DNA from: Phoronis australis
Lineage: Eukaryota > Animalia > Phoronida
Length of the DNA: 64,000 nt
Direction of reading: 5' to 3'
NCBI GenBank assembly: GCA_002633005.1
Contig: NMRA01000168.1
Location: forward strand, 685,129-749,128
Shown here piece after piece: positions 50,270 to 64,000 of this stretch. The notes below the pieces were generated by a model. The model was not told the origin of the DNA, made no database searches, and saw only the letters and a list, made by a program, of their open reading frames with translations. The position numbers were made by a program, and so were the translations under genes. Position 1 is the first letter of the stretch, and every line of letters begins with the position of its first letter.

Positions 50270-50560
50270 ACTTGCCACTCCCATGGACATCATTCTAACT
50301 TCCTCGCAACCATGAAACTATCCTATACAGATCAAGATGCGGACTATTCCTAAACAACGACAAATTAAGACATAATTTTAATATTATTTCACCTCTGTGT
50401 TCCTACTCGTGTTCCCTTTTCTTGTACAGTGGACAGTACACGGGGAGCATAAAGCACAGCTATTCCAGACACTCGAACAATACCCCGATATTTACAAAAA
50501 ACTATTCAGACTATTCTGAAATTGCTCAAATTTACAACAAAATGTTTTTTTTTCTAAATC
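50270..50560 (+). mobile_element. 3' fragment of the same CR1/L2 LINE family as 3105-4708
   Basis: aacttcctcgcaaccatgaaa..acagatcaagatgcgg..taaacaacga..agacataattttaata and ccagacactcgaa match ~4115-4400. Confidence 0.85.
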
Positions 50561-53558
50561 GATACAAAGAGCTCGGTCCAAGGAAAATGAGATTTTATTC
50601 AAAACAGTACCAAAATGTCTTTTTAATATGTAACTGTTATTCCACCAAAGCACCCAAAGGTCAACTCTAGGGTCACCGACTCAGTTCTGAAAGACAATAA
50701 ATTCATACATTCCGGTGGGATACGTGTATGCTCAAAATGCTTATATCAAATGTGTGTTTATTTTTATGTGAGAGCGGAATTAAATTATTTTTGGCCCAAA
50801 ATAACTCAGTTTTGGTTCGCTGAAGTACTTTATTTTCATTATTTTAAAGCAGTTTAAAGAAATGGGATGGAAATTAAAACCTTTATAATGTTTACATAGA
50901 CACTGGACATCTCTATCAGCAGACAGTCTTTGTGTTTTTAAAGGGTTTATATTAACATCCACTGAAGCGTCAAAATTCGACAGTATTTGTCATTGATTTT
51001 AAGCAGTTTTCGAGGTTCTCTGAGGGCCAGTTTGCGGGGTGGTCGCGATTTCAGATGAAGTTTTCCATCAGCTTGCTGTTTGACCAAGGAAAATAAAAAG
51101 AACAATTGTGTTTTTTCTTATTTCCTACATGTAGCAATAACCAAAAGAAAGAACACACCGTAGAGTATTTTATTGTCATGAACTACTGCCGTCCACAACT
51201 GGATCTCGTAATCCCCATAAATGGGTTTCCTGTCTTTTTACAGATATGCTTTTTAGGAAATGACATCGGTTGACATCCATTTTTAGATGATTTGGCTAAT
51301 GCTGGTGCCCCAAGTGTCAGTTTCCAAATCTAGCTTTGGTGAAATTTAACGTTTCTATTCAGGAAACGTTGGCAATTTCATGTTTCCGAATGTGTCTGAT
51401 TATAAAATATGCTATCTCGTATACATGCACATGGGTATCAAACTTTCAGGGTAGCTCAGGGTTACATCGAGCGAGTTAAAGTTGAATTTGACAAGCATCA
51501 TAATATGAAACTTTATGGATGTGGGACTTCAGTAGGCTTCACACATCATAATCCAAAAATGGAGCGTATTATATGTCTGTAAATCAATAATAATTCTGCA
51601 CATATTGTGGAAAGTAACAAGTTACACAACATGAACCAAAGGTAGAAATTGTAATAAGCTTAAGAACATTACGTGTTCTATTTTGAAAAAAAATATCAAA
51701 TCTTAAAGAAAAATTGTATTTCAAACCATAAAACGATTTAAAATTATATATTTATACCAGCCTTACAATTGTCTCTGTGGTTACTTGGTTGCCGGCAAAA
51801 GGCAAATGCGTCAGTAAACTTTGTCTATGTAACCTCTGACCCAAAGTCAGTTGTGAACGTTCAACTGGTGAAATGGAGTTTGGTCATGTCAGACAGCATT
51901 GCGGTCTCGGAAATGTTGATTCTCATTGATAGTTTAAACCTGAAACCATTTTGAATGTAATGTAATATTTATCCACAAAATCTCCAAAGCGTCGCAATGC
52001 GGCTTGCTGACGAACTTGAGTGACCCCCACTTTCAACACAACAAAAAGCAACCAGATTTATCTCCCCCGTCACGTGATGGCTGCAACGAAATTATGTGTA
52101 TCAATTTGTACAGTACGTATGACTTCCTCATTTCCTTATGCGTTTTTTTCACGTGGCATATGATCCACCTGTTTTGCATTTTATTCGTGAACCTTTGAAG
52201 ACCAACACATGAAGGTAAAAAATTAAATGGTCAATACGTACAAAAGTGGACAGGTATTTTTGTATCAAAGACACGTCACTATCACATGCAAAAAGTTGAA
52301 CCCGAAATATGGAGAGTTATATTTGATTTCCCTTTTTTTCTCGAATAGGTCTTCAATCCGTACTGAAGCGAATGATTCGCAATGCATGAGTTGCATTTTA
52401 CAATGGGTGTTTAAATACTTCCTTGTGCGGCTGTGCAACTGCACAAGAAACTGCGTCTCAAATAAATTTGTAACAAATTCCTTAAGCACCATAAAAGTAT
52501 GTTTTTGTTGTTAAAGCAAACCCAAACCACAAAGACATTTATCAATAGTCAAGATAGTATACATACCTGTATGTCTTATTCAGGTTTCATGTAAGTCTAT
52601 CAAAACAACTGAATGGCAGTTGTCAAAAAACATGCATACTCTATTGTGTCAGTGTTGAATTTACCTTACCTTATTTCATAAAAATGGCGCCTGCTGCGTT
52701 GGCTGCCGTGGGCATTTTATAGAAATATTTTGGATACAGATGGCTTTTGCTCAAATGATTAGTTTGTTCTGAGTGAAAGATTGCCAGTTGTTGATCCCCT
52801 GATCCACTTTTTGCACAGTCGTGCCTCCTCGTTATATACTTACTGCTTGCAAGCGGGAATTTTAAATTTGGCTGGAGTCTCAAGTACCCTTCAGTCGCTT
52901 TGGATTTGTAAAATCGGTCTGATTGATACTTATTTTTATTCGACTTCTGTAATCTGGAGAATTTTGGCAGTCTGAATAAAGTGGGTCTCATTTCGGAATT
53001 ATAGCAGGCAAATGATGACTTTGGGGTGACAACTGCTGCTTCACTGTGTTTTTGTTTTTTGTTTCTTTAAGTAGCCAGATACAATTCCAGTAATCGCAAA
53101 AATGGAAAGTTGATTTTGGAAACAGTTTCAAAAGAGTTTGTGCAAGGCTGTTCATATATGCAGGTAAAGCTACAGTAGTTTTCAAACCTAAAACCAAAAA
53201 CTGTTTAGTGCCTCCTATCGGAACAGTACTTTGTTCTGTTAATCAATGGGAAGACTTGTGGCATAACAATTTTCCAATGCTGCCTTTCGTTGAAAAAGAG
53301 TGCATCCATTGAGTTGTAAAGTTTGCAGGCACTGTGAAATTTGTGCATTCATTCACCGATGGACCGATCGTGAGTTTCCGCATCATCCATAAACACAAAA
53401 AGTCTGAAAACGGTAACCGAATAAGGCTTTACATCTTCGTGCGATATTTCTTGAATATTACTCAGTGGATTCCTGGTTTTTCATTTTAAAGGAAGAACAC
53501 CGAAGCTACCAACTACTCAAGTAAACGCTTCAAAGTTAAATGGACTTAGCCAGTAGTG

Positions 53559-54545
53559 CATAGGCGGATTTAGGGGGGCAGGGGGCCTACCCCCCCCCCC
53601 TTGGCTGCCGCAAAAAATAAAACAGTAAAGAGCGTAGGGAAATGTTGAGTTTATTAATTAACCCCGTTAATTAAAATTATACGGATGAAAAAAGATTTAA
53701 ATGTGTGCAGCTTTAGTGTGGGGGGGGGGGCTCAAATCCAATTTCAAGTGTCAAATTCGGAACACGGCGCATTCGTAACGGAACTATGGCTAAGTATAGG
53801 CTCTCCCGCGATATCCCAGGCGACCGGCAGTAGCACTGCGCACTACGACTCCGTTTCCGTCGTCTGCTCCACTGTGCAATGAAGAAAATTTACTTCAATT
53901 TTTCAAGAAAATGGAATCTGAGTGACGATGAAAAAACAGAAGCTGCTGGTAAGATGTGAATTTTAATCGAAGCCTTAGTGAATCACTCCGAAACTCGCAA
54001 TACTCTCTTTGTCAAACCTTATCTTAAGACGATTTCCAAACCAATCCCGTCATGATTGCCAACACGAAAAATGGATTTGGTCTATTGGGCATTTGAAGAC
54101 TATTTCAAATACGACAAATTTGTTAAGAATTGATGGCACAAAATATAAAACGTGTAATAAGCATTACAAAAAGAAGTAGGTTTCGCGCGCAAACGCTGTG
54201 AACCATAAACAAGTAGGTCTTTTAGTATGAGATAAGTGGTGAAGTCTTGGTGGAGTAGTGGTAACGCACGCGCGCTTTATCCGCTAGGTTGTGAGTTCGA
54301 GTCTTTGGTACTTGCGGATTTTCCGTTGTCCGTTTTTTTGCCTATTTTCTCGGATAATACTTCAGGAATCAAGGAAAATGCTTGATTTTTAGAGGAAAAA
54401 ACAGAAAAATTTCCTGGGCAAACCCCCCTCCCGAACTCCCCCCATTCGGTGCTATGTGCATCTATAATCGTTCAATTTGCGCAAAAGCTTGCAGCCGGAC
54501 AAAATGTTGGCCCCTCCCCCTTGTGATATCCTAGATCCGCCACTG
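53559..54545 (+). mobile_element. ~1-kb hAT-like non-autonomous element, copy 2, ~500 bp upstream of the gene 2 ATG
   Basis: TIRs cataggcggatttagg ... cctagatccgccactg; homologous to 8532-9436. Confidence 0.78.
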
Positions 54546-55044
54546 GCTTCCACCAGCGATGTGGATGCCCGGGGCCGTGGCCTCGTCGACCCCACATCCC
54601 CTGCACGGTACTTGTGTTAGCCAAAACTATACTTGTTAATTTGAAATTGACGCATGTACGCGTTTTTTGATGAAATGTTTTCTCGGCTGACTTGACAACG
54701 ATTCATGATCCGAAGAGTTTGCTGATATTTTCAAACGATGACAGATAAACTGCACAGCTTTAACTGGCTTTCTGTGATGCTAGTCAACACCATCTAGGTC
54801 ATAAACGTTCCGGACACTCGTCATTCTCATACTAAGACTAAAACTCTAAGCGGAAATTTGCCGAAACAAAAAAACACCATTGTGCTTTGACTGACCCGAC
54901 ACGAATGTAGGCGACCCCTGGTGACGTCATCCCAGGCCAACAAGGAAATACATGTACATGTACATGTACCTGCTTTCATCGATCAAACAAACAATAAGAT
55001 TGTACACTTGCTGAAAAAAGACACTGAGAAGGAAGAAAATCGAC

Positions 55045-63743
<8,699 letters not shown>

Positions 63744-64000
63744 TAGTTTCCGTTCAGAAAATAAAATAACATAAATAAAAACATTATACATTGAGGTGTT
63801 TGTTGAGAAGTGACTTAAGTATTAAGTCACTTCATGAAACTGATCACATCACTGCAATTACGCAAAGGAAGACTTGCGTGCAACCACGGCACATTTGGGG
63901 GAGAGCGTTAGGCTGTCTATGAAGCTATTCCTTCCTCGGCAGACGGAATATGGTACGCCACAAACTAGAAAATAAATAAAACAAGTTTATGTAGATGAGG

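Noticed and set aside
53320-53400. VKFVHSFTDGP resembling a Sola-type transposase motif
   Set aside because: A single short motif with no supporting ends or further motifs.
63807-63833. Perfect 12-bp hairpin gaagtgacttaa-gta-ttaagtcacttc
   Set aside because: Intronic and isolated; most likely a MITE remnant, with no evidence of a terminator or ncRNA.

Overview
Intron-rich, AT-rich eukaryotic DNA, most likely from a marine invertebrate (lophotrochozoan/amphioxus-like repeat landscape; this is inference). The supplied ORF track is mostly noise, so genes were rebuilt by hand from splice sites and reading phase. (1) 2202-33010 (+) holds the last 19 exons (about 1,038 aa) of an intact SUSD2/Mesh/MUC4-like type-I membrane glycoprotein: VWD(GDPH)-Sushi-EGF_Ca-6xSushi-SEA(GSVIV)-Sushi-TM-tail. 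It has two different autocleavage motifs and a recently amplified two-exon Sushi cassette. (2) About 35945-40794 (-) is a decayed, intron-containing alpha-amylase pseudogene that keeps the extra C-terminal domain known from Pseudoalteromonas and some invertebrate amylases. (3) 55045 to beyond the window end (+) holds the first two coding exons (signal peptide, NIDO-type start) of a probable tandem relative of gene 1. Introns and intergenic DNA contain degenerate mobile elements: HERO-like, CR1/L2, Tx1/L1, Penelope-like, Gypsy, Academ, two Kolobok, ISL2EU, hAT-like MITEs and SINEs. No CRISPR array or prokaryotic system is present, and I cannot support a wholly new biological system. The best leads are the dual-autocleavage mucin-like receptor with its variable Sushi stalk and possible gene cluster. 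All assignments come from motif recognition by eye, not database searches.
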